From Candidatus Limnocylindria bacterium (GTDB lineage: Bacteria; Chloroflexota; Limnocylindria; QHBO01), in the NCBI GenBank assembly GCA_038322875.1, contig JBBQGI010000003.1, forward strand, positions 820 through 64,819: a stretch of DNA of 64,000 nt, given 5' to 3'. Numbering within the stretch: position 1 is the stretch's first letter; each line of letters opens with the position of its first letter. Below the pieces are notes generated by a model. It had not been told where the DNA came from and ran no database searches. It saw nothing but the letters and a program-made list of their open reading frames with translations. Shown in pieces: positions 46,705 through 56,106 of the stretch. Both the position numbers and the translations under genes were made by a program.

Positions 46705-47781
46705 ATGGCCAATGAGACGCGCGGCCACCGCGGCCCAAACGACGAGGAGCTGCCAGGCGGGCTCGATCCGTACACGGAGTGGGACGACTACGACCTGCCC
46801 GCGTACGTCGGACGGACCAGCTTCCAGAAGCTCCCCGAGCTGACCGATGGCGACGCGCTGCGCGCGCGTCGGCCCGATGTGGCGATCGTGGGGGCGCCGC
46901 TGGACGACGGGGTGAGCCACCGTCCCGGCGCGAGGTTCGGACCTCGCGCGATTCGCGCCGCCACCTACCTGGCCGGCTCGCCGAACTCCCTGCAGCTGGG
47001 CATCGAGCCGTTCGAGTGGATCGACGTCGTGGACGCCGGTGACGCCCCAATCGTGCCCGGCAACCTGGAGCGCGGCCACGCCGTGATTCGCCGCAAGGTG
47101 CTGGAGGTGGCCCAGGCCGGCGCGATCCCCATCGTGCTCGGCGGCGATCACTCGATCACCTTTCCGTCAGCATCCGCCGTCGCGGAGGCGGTGGCGCCAC
47201 GACGGCTTGGGATGGTGCACTTCGACGCGCATGCCGATACGGCCAACAGCACCTGGGGCGTGCTCCGCTCCCACGGCACCCCCATGCGCCGCCTCATCGA
47301 ATCCGGTGCGATCGACGGTCGCAACTTCGTCCAGGTCGGGCTGCGCGGCTACTGGCCGCCGCCCGCCACCCTCGATTGGATGAAGGAGCACGGCCTGCGC
47401 GTGCACTTCATGACCGAGATCGAGGAGCGTGGAGCGGAGGCGGTCGTGGCCGATGCCATCGCCGAGGCGCTCGACGGGCCGGAGGTGATCTACCTGTCGG
47501 TCGACATCGACGTGATCGACCCGGGGATGGCGCCGGGCACCGGCACGCCGGAACCCGGCGGCCTGCTCTCGCGCGAGCTGCTGCGCGCCGTTCGCCAGGT
47601 GGTTCGGGCCGTCGAGCTGGCCGGCATGGACATCGTGGAGGTGGCGCCGGTCTACGACGTCAGCGAGATCACGGCCGCCGCGGCGCATCGCTGCGTGATG
47701 GAAGCAATCAGCGCCCTGGCGGTCAAGCGAAGGGACGCGGGCGGCACCCCGAGGCCGAGCGGCCGAACCCGCGGCGGCTAG
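46705..47781 (+). CDS. agmatinase/arginase (ureohydrolase) family protein
   Basis: Mn-binding motifs (GGDHSITFP, HFDAHADT, SVDIDVIDP). Confidence 0.85.
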   Translation: MANETRGHRGPNDEELPGGLDPYTEWDDYDLPAYVGRTSFQKLPELTDGDALRARRPDVAIVGAPLDDGVSHRPGARFGPRAIRAATYLAGSPNSLQLGIEPFEWIDVVDAGDAPIVPGNLERGHAVIRRKVLEVAQAGAIPIVLGGDHSITFPSASAVAEAVAPRRLGMVHFDAHADTANSTWGVLRSHGTPMRRLIESGAIDGRNFVQVGLRGYWPPPATLDWMKEHGLRVHFMTEIEERGAEAVVADAIAEALDGPEVIYLSVDIDVIDPGMAPGTGTPEPGGLLSRELLRAVRQVVRAVELAGMDIVEVAPVYDVSEITAAAAHRCVMEAISALAVKRRDAGGTPRPSGRTRGG

Positions 47782-48974
47782 GCGGTGACGGTGAAGGGCG
47801 CCTCGGCCGCAGGCACCCCGTTGCGATTCACGAGGATCTGATAGGTCCCCGGCGGTAGCCCGTTGAACCTGAATCGGGCCCAGCCGGAGCACGAGTCGTC
47901 GCAGCCGAGCGAGCCGAGCTCGAGGCTGCCGTCCCCGACCGATGCACCCGACGCATTCGCGATGCTCACGCTGAGGACATCGGTGTTGTTCCCCTTGCGG
48001 AACCCGATCCAGGCCCAGACCGATCCGCCGCTGACCGTCGCTCCGCTCGAGCTGCAGCCGTCACCGCTGGCCGGCTCCTCGGCGCATGGTTCGGTGCGGG
48101 CCGTGAATCCATCGGGGAAGGTGCCCGGCGGTCCGCTGCTCGCACCGGGGGAGGCACCATTCGAGGGCGGGAGCGATGGCTGGAAGGACGGCTCGAGCGT
48201 GACGCTCGGCGCCACGCTGGCGCTCGAAGTCGGCGTCGGCGATGCGTTCGCGGTGCCGCCGGAGAAGATGCCGGAGACGAACGCTCCCATGGCGATGGCC
48301 AGCACGCCAAGGAGCACGAAGCCACCGATCGCCAGCGCACTCACGCCCGAGCCGCGCCGGTCCCAGCCGTCCTGGTCCGCGGCCCGGTAGCGAGGGTCGT
48401 AGGGCGCAGCGGCCTCGTTCGGGTCGGGCGGCAGCCACGGCTCATCGGGACCGGTCCACTGCTGCTCGGGCGGCGGGCTCGCGGCGACCGCGGGTGGCGC
48501 CGCCTCGACTCTCGGAGCCGCGGGCGGTGGGGTTGCCGCGGCAGGCGTCATGAGCGGGGCGATAGCGGCTGCGGCTGCTGGTCTCCACGGAGCCGCGGGC
48601 GCGGCGACCGGCGGGGGTGGTGGCTGAGCGGGCTGGTCGTCGAACCCCGCGGGCGTGTTGTCGATGTGTGCACCACCGAGATCACCGGCCTCGGTTCCCG
48701 ACAGGATCAGGTTGTCCTCGGGCTCGGGCCGAAATGGCTGGTAGGGCGAATAGCCCTGGTCGGCTGCATCACCCGTCGACGAACCGCGCCGGAAGGCCGC
48801 GTCGCCTGGACGATGGGTCCGGATGCGATCCTGCAGCTCTTCCCGATCGAGCCCGCGCGGGCGAGCCCGTGCCGACGCCGGGATCGCCGTTCCACACTGG
48901 GTGCAGAAGCCCGCGGGGGGCGTGGAACGGTGGCAGGTTGGACATCGGATCTGTCCGGGAAGCGGGGTCGACAT
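47778..48974 (-). CDS. zinc-ribbon, proline-rich single-pass membrane protein
   Basis: N-terminal CPTCH...CTQCG ribbon; Pro/Ala-rich linker; one TM; Ser-rich extracellular region plus a C-terminal beta-rich domain. Confidence 0.5.
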   Translation of the reverse strand: MSTPLPGQIRCPTCHRSTPPAGFCTQCGTAIPASARARPRGLDREELQDRIRTHRPGDAAFRRGSSTGDAADQGYSPYQPFRPEPEDNLILSGTEAGDLGGAHIDNTPAGFDDQPAQPPPPPVAAPAAPWRPAAAAAIAPLMTPAAATPPPAAPRVEAAPPAVAASPPPEQQWTGPDEPWLPPDPNEAAAPYDPRYRAADQDGWDRRGSGVSALAIGGFVLLGVLAIAMGAFVSGIFSGGTANASPTPTSSASVAPSVTLEPSFQPSLPPSNGASPGASSGPPGTFPDGFTARTEPCAEEPASGDGCSSSGATVSGGSVWAWIGFRKGNNTDVLSVSIANASGASVGDGSLELGSLGCDDSCSGWARFRFNGLPPGTYQILVNRNGVPAAEAPFTVTA

Positions 48975-49159
48975 ACCGCCGCAGGGTACATGAGCGTGCG
49001 GGACGATGGCCAGCGGGCAACCTGTGGGACATCGCGGAGCGACCACCCGCCGCCCCTAGAATCTGCCCCGATGCCCGGCCAATTGCAGCCTGCTCAGCCC
49101 CGCCTCCGCTCGGGACGCGCGGCGGACCGGTGGCTTGCCCAGCTGCGGCGTGACCTGGG

Positions 49160-49816
49160 CTAGGCTCCGGGGCGCTTCCATTCACTGCCGTCGGCGAAGC
49201 GTTCGCGCTTCCAGATCGGCAGCCGCTCCTTGATCGCCTCGATCACGAACCGATTGGCTTCGTAGGCCTCGGATCGGTGCGGCGCGGCGGTGACGATGGC
49301 GACCGCGGCCTCACCGATCGGCACCGGGCCGACCCGATGCACGACCGCCGCCACGCACCCGCGCCATCGTGCCTGCGCCTCCGCGACGATCTCGGCCAGG
49401 ACGTCCGCGGCCATCTCCGGATAGGCCTCGTACTCGAGCTCCAGCACCTCGCGGTCATCGTCGGCCCGGTCCCTCGCCCGGCCGACGAAGGTCACCAGCG
49501 CGCCGTGGCCCGTGCCGGCGACACCAGCCTCTAGCGCCGCGACGTCGATCGGGCCATCGGTCATGCCGCTCGATCCCCCACCGCTCACGGGCGGCAGGAA
49601 GGCGACCTGGTCGCCATCGGCGAGCGGCGTCTCCCAGGAGGCGTAGGCTCCGTTGCGAGCCGCTCGCACGAATGGGCGGTGCGGCAGCAGCCCGGGATAG
49701 GAGGCGGCGAGCGCCGTCCATGCGTCGGCCACGGTTGCATCGGCCTCCAGCGTCAGCTGCATGCGGTCCGTGGCCAGCTCGCGCAGGGTCGCGAAGCAGC
49801 GGAGGTTGACCTGCAT
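49160..49816 (-). CDS. moaDE: molybdopterin synthase MoaD-MoaE fusion
   Basis: MoaD part ends in a Gly-Gly tract (PPVSGGG) and runs directly into the MoaE catalytic-subunit sequence. Confidence 0.7.
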   Translation of the reverse strand: MQVNLRCFATLRELATDRMQLTLEADATVADAWTALAASYPGLLPHRPFVRAARNGAYASWETPLADGDQVAFLPPVSGGGSSGMTDGPIDVAALEAGVAGTGHGALVTFVGRARDRADDDREVLELEYEAYPEMAADVLAEIVAEAQARWRGCVAAVVHRVGPVPIGEAAVAIVTAAPHRSEAYEANRFVIEAIKERLPIWKRERFADGSEWKRPGA

Positions 49817-49824
49817 CGGCCGGG

Positions 49825-50607
49825 TCAGACCGGCACGCCGGTCAGGTAGGCCAGGCTGGCGCCCGCGATTGAGCCCGCCATGACCAGGGCCAGGCCGATG
49901 TAGAGCAGCCCCGTGCTGGCCTGCAGGGACGCCGCCCGACTGGCAAGCAGTGCCAGCACCGTGATCCCGATCGGCAGCAGGATGCCGACCACGAGCCGGA
50001 GCCAGGTGAGCCAGCCGATCGGGCCGCCCAGTGGCCCGCTGCTGATCGCGATCACCGCCACGGCGAAGAGGACCGCCTGCAGGCCGAGCGCGACGAGCAG
50101 TAGCCACATCATCCGACGCAGGGGAGCGGGCGAGAGCCTGGGCGTCACGAGGTACCAGTGGCCGAGCAGCATCGCGGCCGTGACTGCCCCCACGGACATG
50201 GCGGTCAGGATCAGCTGGGCGGTAAAGAGGGTCGCATTCAGGGTGCCACTCGCGGTCGCGAGGACGGCGAGAGCGAAGATACCGGCCGAGCCGGCGGCGA
50301 GCGCCAGCCCGCTGCGCGGCAGGCGCGCGATCGACGCAACGAGGTACCCGGCAATCAGGGCGCAGGTCGCCCAGACCAGACCGCGTCGCACGTCGGCCGT
50401 CGCGTCGGCCACCGTCCCCGGCGACAGGTTGAGCTCGGAGAGCAGCAGGATCCCAGCCGACACCGCGACGGTACCGGCCATGAAGAGCCGGTAGCCGCGG
50501 GTCGTCCCGCCCAGCAGCTCGGTCGCGCCAACGACCAGGATCGTGCCGGATGTGAGCGTCGCCCAGAAGATCCAGTTCACGAAGGGCAGCGCCTCGAGCG
50601 CAATCAT
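49825..50607 (-). CDS. polytopic membrane protein (unknown function)
   Basis: ~8 TM; no motif. Confidence 0.45.
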   Translation of the reverse strand: MIALEALPFVNWIFWATLTSGTILVVGATELLGGTTRGYRLFMAGTVAVSAGILLLSELNLSPGTVADATADVRRGLVWATCALIAGYLVASIARLPRSGLALAAGSAGIFALAVLATASGTLNATLFTAQLILTAMSVGAVTAAMLLGHWYLVTPRLSPAPLRRMMWLLLVALGLQAVLFAVAVIAISSGPLGGPIGWLTWLRLVVGILLPIGITVLALLASRAASLQASTGLLYIGLALVMAGSIAGASLAYLTGVPV

Positions 50608-50616
50608 GGTGGCGGC

Positions 50617-50988
50617 TCAGCCAGCCAGGCTGCCGGAGAGGCCGATCTCGATCCAGCCATCCGGGCTGATCCTCACCGGAAAGATCTCGACCGGGTCCAC
50701 GGCGGGCGGCACCACCGCCTCCCCGCTGCGCAGGTCGAAGCAGCCGCCGTGCCAGGCGCAGACGAGCACCTCGTCGCGGGGATCGAAGCCGGCCTCCGAG
50801 AGCGGGAAGTCCTTATGCGAGCAGTTGTTCTGCACGGCGTAGAAGCTCCCCGCGTGGCGGACCAGCACCACCGCCCTGCCATTGATCTCGACCGGGATCA
50901 GCTCTCCATCGCGCAGATCGGCCGCCGGCAGCACGCGGGCGTAGCGCGGGCCCGCACCGGCGGGCAGGGCCGCGAGATCGGCCATCAC
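50617..50988 (-). CDS. Rieske [2Fe-2S] domain ferredoxin
   Basis: CSH...CAWHGGCF (CxH-CxxH) Rieske ligands. Confidence 0.75.
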   Translation of the reverse strand: MMADLAALPAGAGPRYARVLPAADLRDGELIPVEINGRAVVLVRHAGSFYAVQNNCSHKDFPLSEAGFDPRDEVLVCAWHGGCFDLRSGEAVVPPAVDPVEIFPVRISPDGWIEIGLSGSLAG

Positions 50989-50992
50989 CAGC

Positions 50993-52435
50993 CTACAGCG
51001 GCCGGGCGAACGCCAGCAGGCGCGGCTCGGTCATGTCCTCGATCGACCAGCGCAGCCCCTCGCGGCCGATCCCCGAGTCCTTCACGCCACCGTACGGCAT
51101 GGCATCGGTGCGCCACGTCGGGACGTCGTTGACGATCACACCGCCGACCTCTAGCTGATCGTGGGCCAGCAGCGTCCGCTCCAGGTCATTGGTGAAGAGG
51201 CCGCACTGCAGGCCGAACCGGCTGTCGTTGAGCTCAGCGACGGCCGCGGCGAAGTCGGGCACGGCGAACAGGTTGACCACCGGCGCGAAGACCTCCTCGC
51301 CGCAGACACGTGCATCTTTCGGCACGTCGACGAGCACGGTGGGCGGGTAGAAGAGCCCGTCCGGCTGGCCGCCGACCAGGGCCCGGGCGCCACGGTCGAG
51401 CGCCTCGCCGACCCACTCATGGGTGCGCGCCACCGCCTTGGCGTCGACCATCGGTCCGAGGTCGGTGGCCGGGTCGAGCGGGTTGCCCATCTGCAGCTCG
51501 CGAACCTTCGCGACGAAGCGTCGCTGGAATTCCTCGAAGATCGCCTCGACGGCGTAGATGCGCTGCACGCTGATGCACACCTGGCCCGAGTAGGCAAAGG
51601 CGCCAAACGCCAGGCGCGCGACGGCCCAATCCAGGTCGGCGGTCTCGTCGACGATCGCACCGGCGTTGCCGCCGAGCTCCAGCACGACCTTCTTCTTGCC
51701 AGCCTCCGCCTTCATCTTCCAGCCGACCGATGGGCTGCCCGTGAAGCTGAGCAGCTTGAAGCGGTCGTCGGCGACCATGCGATCCCCGGTCGGGCGGTCC
51801 ATCGGCAGGATCGAGACGGCGCCCTTCGGCAGATCCGTCTCGGCCAGGTAGCCGGCGATGCGCAGCATGACGAGCGGATCCTTAGATGGCGGCTTGAGGA
51901 CGATGCTGCACCCCGCGGCGATCGCCGGGGCCACCTTGTGAGCCGCCAGGTTGAGCGGGAAGTTGAACGGGCTGATGCCGGCCACCGGGCCGATCGGGTA
52001 GCGGCGCACGATGCCGCTCCGCCCACGGTTGGCGGCCGACCAGTCGAGTGGCAGCCACTCCCCGTTGATACGCAGTGCCTCCTCTGCTGCAGTACGGAAG
52101 GTGAGCGCGCCGCGAGCCACCTCGCCCTTCGCATCGCGGATCGGCTTTCCCGACTCACGCGTGAGCAGATCGGCCAGCTCGTCGGCGTCCTGGCTGATGC
52201 GCTCGGCAACGTGCGCGAGCGCGTCGCGCCGCTCGAAGCTCGCCAGGCGGCGGGTCTTGTCGAAGGCGGCGACCGCTGCCACGGTGGCCCGCTCCAGCTC
52301 CTCGGGACCGGCCTGCCAGGTGGTCGCCACCAGTTCTCCGGTCGCGGGGTCACGGACTTCAAGCGGGGAGCCGGTGCGCACGAAGTCGCCGGCGAGGAAG
52401 ATCGGGACCGTCTCGGAGCTCACCTGGGTGGCCAT
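50993..52435 (-). CDS. NAD(P)-dependent aldehyde dehydrogenase
   Basis: 480 aa; ALDH catalytic Cys (GQVCIS) and Glu (VLELGGNA) motifs; the N-terminal extension of the track ORF to 52951 was rejected. Confidence 0.9.
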   Translation of the reverse strand: MATQVSSETVPIFLAGDFVRTGSPLEVRDPATGELVATTWQAGPEELERATVAAVAAFDKTRRLASFERRDALAHVAERISQDADELADLLTRESGKPIRDAKGEVARGALTFRTAAEEALRINGEWLPLDWSAANRGRSGIVRRYPIGPVAGISPFNFPLNLAAHKVAPAIAAGCSIVLKPPSKDPLVMLRIAGYLAETDLPKGAVSILPMDRPTGDRMVADDRFKLLSFTGSPSVGWKMKAEAGKKKVVLELGGNAGAIVDETADLDWAVARLAFGAFAYSGQVCISVQRIYAVEAIFEEFQRRFVAKVRELQMGNPLDPATDLGPMVDAKAVARTHEWVGEALDRGARALVGGQPDGLFYPPTVLVDVPKDARVCGEEVFAPVVNLFAVPDFAAAVAELNDSRFGLQCGLFTNDLERTLLAHDQLEVGGVIVNDVPTWRTDAMPYGGVKDSGIGREGLRWSIEDMTEPRLLAFARPL

Positions 52436-52504
52436 GCGGCGGATTCTACGCCGAGCGCACTTGGGGCTTGACCTTGCAGTCACTACAAGGCTTAGGCTGC
52501 GCGC

Positions 52505-53347
52505 GTGAACATCTCCGCCTTCGCCCGACGCGCCGGCATCTCCGCCTCGGGCGTGCGTTGGTACGAGGCCGCCGGCATCCTCCCGCGGCCCGAGCGCCGC
52601 GACAACGGGTACCGACAGTATTCCGAGGCCGACCTGGCGCGGCTGACCCTGATCCTGACCCTGCGGCGGCTTGGCCTCTCCCCGGCCGACGCGGGACGGC
52701 TTGCGGAGCGGTGCTTCGCGGGCGACGTTGGCGATCCCGCGCTCGCCGCGACCCTGGCGCAGCAGCATCGGCGCATCGCCCAGCAGCGCGAGGAGCTGGA
52801 GCGCCTCGAGCTGGAGCTGGCCGACCTCGAGCGCACCATGCAGGTCGCCGACTCGGCGCGCCGCCGTCCCCCGCTCGAGCCGATCAGCGTCCTCTTCGTC
52901 TGCAACGGCAATTCGGCGCGAAGCCAGATCGCCGAGGCGCTCCTGGGTCACTTCGGAGGCGTCGACTTCGACCCCTCGTCAGCCGGGACGCAGCCCAAAT
53001 CGGTCCATCCGGTGGCAGTGCAGGTCCTGGCCGAGATCGGCATTGACTGGCGCGGTGCACGTGCCAAGCCGGTCGCGGAGCTGATCGATCGGCGATTCGA
53101 CTATGTGATCACCCTATCCAACACGGCGCGCGAGGCCTGCCCGACTCTCCCCGGCCCGCACGGAGCGCTGCATTGGCACCTGGAGGATCCCGCGGCGATC
53201 GAGGGATCCGTCGAGGACCGCCTCGAGGCCTTCCGCGCGACGCGGACCGAGCTGTCGGTCCGGCTGCGGCCATTCATCGAGATCGCGCGACGCGCCGCGG
53301 GACGTCTTCCCGCTATCAGCGGACCAGACCCCAGAGGAGATCACTGA
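52505..53347 (+). CDS. MerR-family HTH regulator fused to an ArsC/LMW-PTP (low-molecular-weight phosphatase) domain
   Basis: MerR HTH (NISAFARRAGISASGVRWYEAAGILP), coiled-coil linker, CX5R P-loop (VLFVCNGNSARS). Confidence 0.7.
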   Translation: MNISAFARRAGISASGVRWYEAAGILPRPERRDNGYRQYSEADLARLTLILTLRRLGLSPADAGRLAERCFAGDVGDPALAATLAQQHRRIAQQREELERLELELADLERTMQVADSARRRPPLEPISVLFVCNGNSARSQIAEALLGHFGGVDFDPSSAGTQPKSVHPVAVQVLAEIGIDWRGARAKPVAELIDRRFDYVITLSNTAREACPTLPGPHGALHWHLEDPAAIEGSVEDRLEAFRATRTELSVRLRPFIEIARRAAGRLPAISGPDPRGDH

Positions 53348-53838
53348 TGGAGCTTCCCTACACCGAACCCCTGACCGCTCGCCCGCTCGGCGAGCCCGTC
53401 ATCCCGGAGCCCCCACGTCGCGGCGAGCCCGGCGGCGAGCCATGCGGCCTCTGCGACGGCGGGGCCACGGCGGCCGTCTGGGAGGGGGAGCACTTCACCC
53501 TCCATCCGCCTGTCGGCGGCAGCCTGGCCGGCGTCGTGTGGCTCGCGAGCCGAGAGCACGTGGATTCGTTCAAGGACCTCTCGCCGGAGGCGGCCGCCGA
53601 GTTCGGGCCGCTCGCCGCGCGGATCGAGCGCGCCATCCTGGCGCTCGGCGGCGTGGGACGGGTGCACCTGTACCGCTGGGGCGACGGCGGCGCGCATTTC
53701 CACGTCTGGTTCATGCCGCGGCCGCTCGGCATGGTGCAGGCCAAGAACTTCATGCTCCCGCTCTGGGAGGACGTGCTTCCCAACGTCAGCGACGAAGAGC
53801 TCGCCCAAGCCGCTCGCCGCGTCGCCGCGGCGCTTTGA
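53347..53838 (+). CDS. HIT-like (histidine-triad-like) domain protein
   Basis: N-terminal CGLCDGG zinc-knuckle and HFHVWFMPR His motif; TGATG overlap with the upstream gene. Confidence 0.45.
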   Translation: MELPYTEPLTARPLGEPVIPEPPRRGEPGGEPCGLCDGGATAAVWEGEHFTLHPPVGGSLAGVVWLASREHVDSFKDLSPEAAAEFGPLAARIERAILALGGVGRVHLYRWGDGGAHFHVWFMPRPLGMVQAKNFMLPLWEDVLPNVSDEELAQAARRVAAAL

Positions 53839-55112
53839 CCGTCGCGGGCCTGGCCCGTCGCCTCGGCACCGTCGACGCAGTGGTCATCGGGCTCGGCTCG
53901 ATGATCGGGGCGGGAGTCTTCTCGGCCTTCGCACCAGCGGCGGCGGCGGCCGGCAGCGCCCTGCTCATCGGCCTCGCGTTGGCCGCCGGAGTTGCCTACT
54001 GCAACGCGGTCGCCTCGGCGCAGCTGGCCGCGCGCTATCCGACCTCCGGCGGAACGTACGTCTACGGACGCGAGCGGCTCGGCGCATGGTGGGGATTCAC
54101 AGCCGGCTGGGGATTCGTGATTGGCAAGACCGCCTCGTGCGCAGCGATGGCGCTCACCTTCGCCGCATACGCGGTGCCCGGGCCGATCTGGATCCAGCGC
54201 CTGGTCGGCGTGCTGGCGGTGCTGGCCCTGACCGCGGTCAACCTGCGCGGCATCACGCGCACCGCCGCGCTGGCGCGCATCCTGGTCGCAGTCTCGCTGC
54301 TGTCGCTCGGGGTGGTCGCGGTCATCTCGGTCGCGAGCGGGCGTGCAGATCCTCGCAACCTGGCGATCGGCGACCTACCGGCCGGACCGTATGGGGTCCT
54401 TCAATCGGCCGGCCTCCTCTTCTTTGCGTTCGCCGGCTACGCGCGCATCGCGACCCTGGGCGAGGAGGTGCGCGAGCCAGAGCGGACGATCCCGCGGGCC
54501 ATCCCGATAGCACTCGGCATCGTGGTCGCTGTCTACCTGGTGGTCGGCGCATCCGCACTCCTGGTTTCCGGTGCCAGCGTGATCGCCGCGAGCAGCGCGC
54601 CACTGGCCTCCGCGGTCGAGGCCGCCGGTTCCGCATGGGCGCTGCCGGTGGTTCGTATCGGTGCGGTGGCCGCGAGCCTGGGAGCCCTGCTGGCGCTCAT
54701 CGCGGGGATCGGCCGCACGGCGCTGGCCATGGCTCGCGAAGGCGACCTGCCACGGACGCTGGCCGCCGTCGATGCGCGCCGCCAGGTGCCCCATCACGCC
54801 CAGCTGGCGATCGCGGCTGCGGTCGCCGTCCTGGTCGCCACCACCGACCTGCGCGGCGCCATCGGCTTCAGCTCGTTCGGGGTGCTGACCTACTACGCGA
54901 TCGCCAACGCGGCGGCCTACACGCAGCCCGTGGAGGAGCGCCGCTGGCCACGCGCGCTCAACGTGATCGGACTGCTCGGCTGCATCGTGCTGGTGGTCAC
55001 GCTGCCGCTCCCCGCCATCGTGGCGGGACTGGCCATGTTCGCCGTCGGCCTGGTGGCGCGAGTCTCGCTGCGGGGTGGGACTCCACCGGTCGCCTCTCCC
55101 CGAGCGGGGTAG
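53835..55112 (+). CDS. APC-family amino acid permease
   Basis: 12 TM; N-terminal LARRLGTVDAVVIGLGSMIGAGVF consensus; probable TTG start overlapping the upstream stop (TTGA). Confidence 0.75.
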   Translation: MTVAGLARRLGTVDAVVIGLGSMIGAGVFSAFAPAAAAAGSALLIGLALAAGVAYCNAVASAQLAARYPTSGGTYVYGRERLGAWWGFTAGWGFVIGKTASCAAMALTFAAYAVPGPIWIQRLVGVLAVLALTAVNLRGITRTAALARILVAVSLLSLGVVAVISVASGRADPRNLAIGDLPAGPYGVLQSAGLLFFAFAGYARIATLGEEVREPERTIPRAIPIALGIVVAVYLVVGASALLVSGASVIAASSAPLASAVEAAGSAWALPVVRIGAVAASLGALLALIAGIGRTALAMAREGDLPRTLAAVDARRQVPHHAQLAIAAAVAVLVATTDLRGAIGFSSFGVLTYYAIANAAAYTQPVEERRWPRALNVIGLLGCIVLVVTLPLPAIVAGLAMFAVGLVARVSLRGGTPPVASPRAG

Positions 55113-55150
55113 AGCGGCCCGGGGTCGCGGACCGATATGATCGGTCCGGA

Positions 55151-56101
55151 ATGAATCCGCTCTACGTGCTGATCGAGGTCTCGGCCTCGCTCTTCTTCAT
55201 CGGCGCCGCCGTGGCCGCGTTGCGCCGCGGCCGCCTGCCATTCCTGGAGTTGATCTCGGCCGCCGCCTTCGGGATCCTGCTCGAGGAGGGCGACCAGCTC
55301 GTCTTCAAGACCTACCACTACTCACCCGATTGGATCCTGACCATTGATCTGGCGCCGGTCGTCATCGGCCTGACCTGGGCCCTGATCATCGCGGGAGTCA
55401 TGCGACTGACCGATGCCCTCGGCGTGCGACGGCGATATGCCCCATTCGTGGATGCCGTCCTGGCGATCAGCCTGGACCTCGCCTTCGACGCGATCGCCAT
55501 CCGGATGGGGCTCTGGACCTGGCGGGGGATCAGCCCGACCGAGGGCTGGTTCGGGGTGCCGGCCGGCAACTTCTACGCCTGGCTCTTCGTGACGCTCGGC
55601 TTCAGCGTGATGACCCGCTGGCTGCGCGATGCGTCACGCGGCCGGCCCACGCTCGAATGGCTGCAGCTTGCCGTGCCGCTGCCTGCCTGGCTCCTGCTGC
55701 TGGCCGGGCTGGTGCCGTTCTCGATCCTCCGCCCGCTGGTCGATGCGGAGGCAGGCGGCGGCCTCGTGCTCTTCGGCGTGGCGATGGCAGCCTTCGTCGC
55801 AATCTCGGCCTGGGGCGTCTGGGGCCCGGATCGGGTGCCACCCGATGGCGCGCGCCAGGCGATCCTGGAGCTGCGGCTGGCGCTCGGCACGCGGGTTGCG
55901 ATCCACGGCTTCTTCCTCATCTCCCTCATCCTGATCGGAGCTGCCTGGCAACTCCCCGTGCTGCTCATCGCGACGCTCCTCCTGCTGGGCGCCGAGTGGC
56001 CGCTCGGACGGCTCGTCCACGCCCGCCACTCCGAATCCCATGTCGCGGCCGCGCGGCCGCTCCCCGGCGCAGACCAGGCGCCGGCGCAGAGCTACCACTG
56101 A
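55151..56101 (+). CDS. polytopic membrane protein (carotenoid-biosynthesis-protein/DUF422-like?)
   Basis: 316 aa; 8 TM; in-frame ATG within the over-extended track ORF 54086..56101. Confidence 0.45.
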   Translation: MNPLYVLIEVSASLFFIGAAVAALRRGRLPFLELISAAAFGILLEEGDQLVFKTYHYSPDWILTIDLAPVVIGLTWALIIAGVMRLTDALGVRRRYAPFVDAVLAISLDLAFDAIAIRMGLWTWRGISPTEGWFGVPAGNFYAWLFVTLGFSVMTRWLRDASRGRPTLEWLQLAVPLPAWLLLLAGLVPFSILRPLVDAEAGGGLVLFGVAMAAFVAISAWGVWGPDRVPPDGARQAILELRLALGTRVAIHGFFLISLILIGAAWQLPVLLIATLLLLGAEWPLGRLVHARHSESHVAAARPLPGADQAPAQSYH

Positions 56102-56106
56102 GCGCC

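Noticed and set aside
52436-52951. 5' extension of the aldehyde dehydrogenase ORF
   Set aside because: ALDH homology starts at MATQVSS (52435). The extension overlaps the divergent MerR-ArsC gene and is low complexity.
54086-55150. 5' extension of the track ORF 54086..56101
   Set aside because: Overlaps the well-supported APC permease. Only the C-terminal 316 aa, from the ATG at 55151, form a coherent 8-TM protein.
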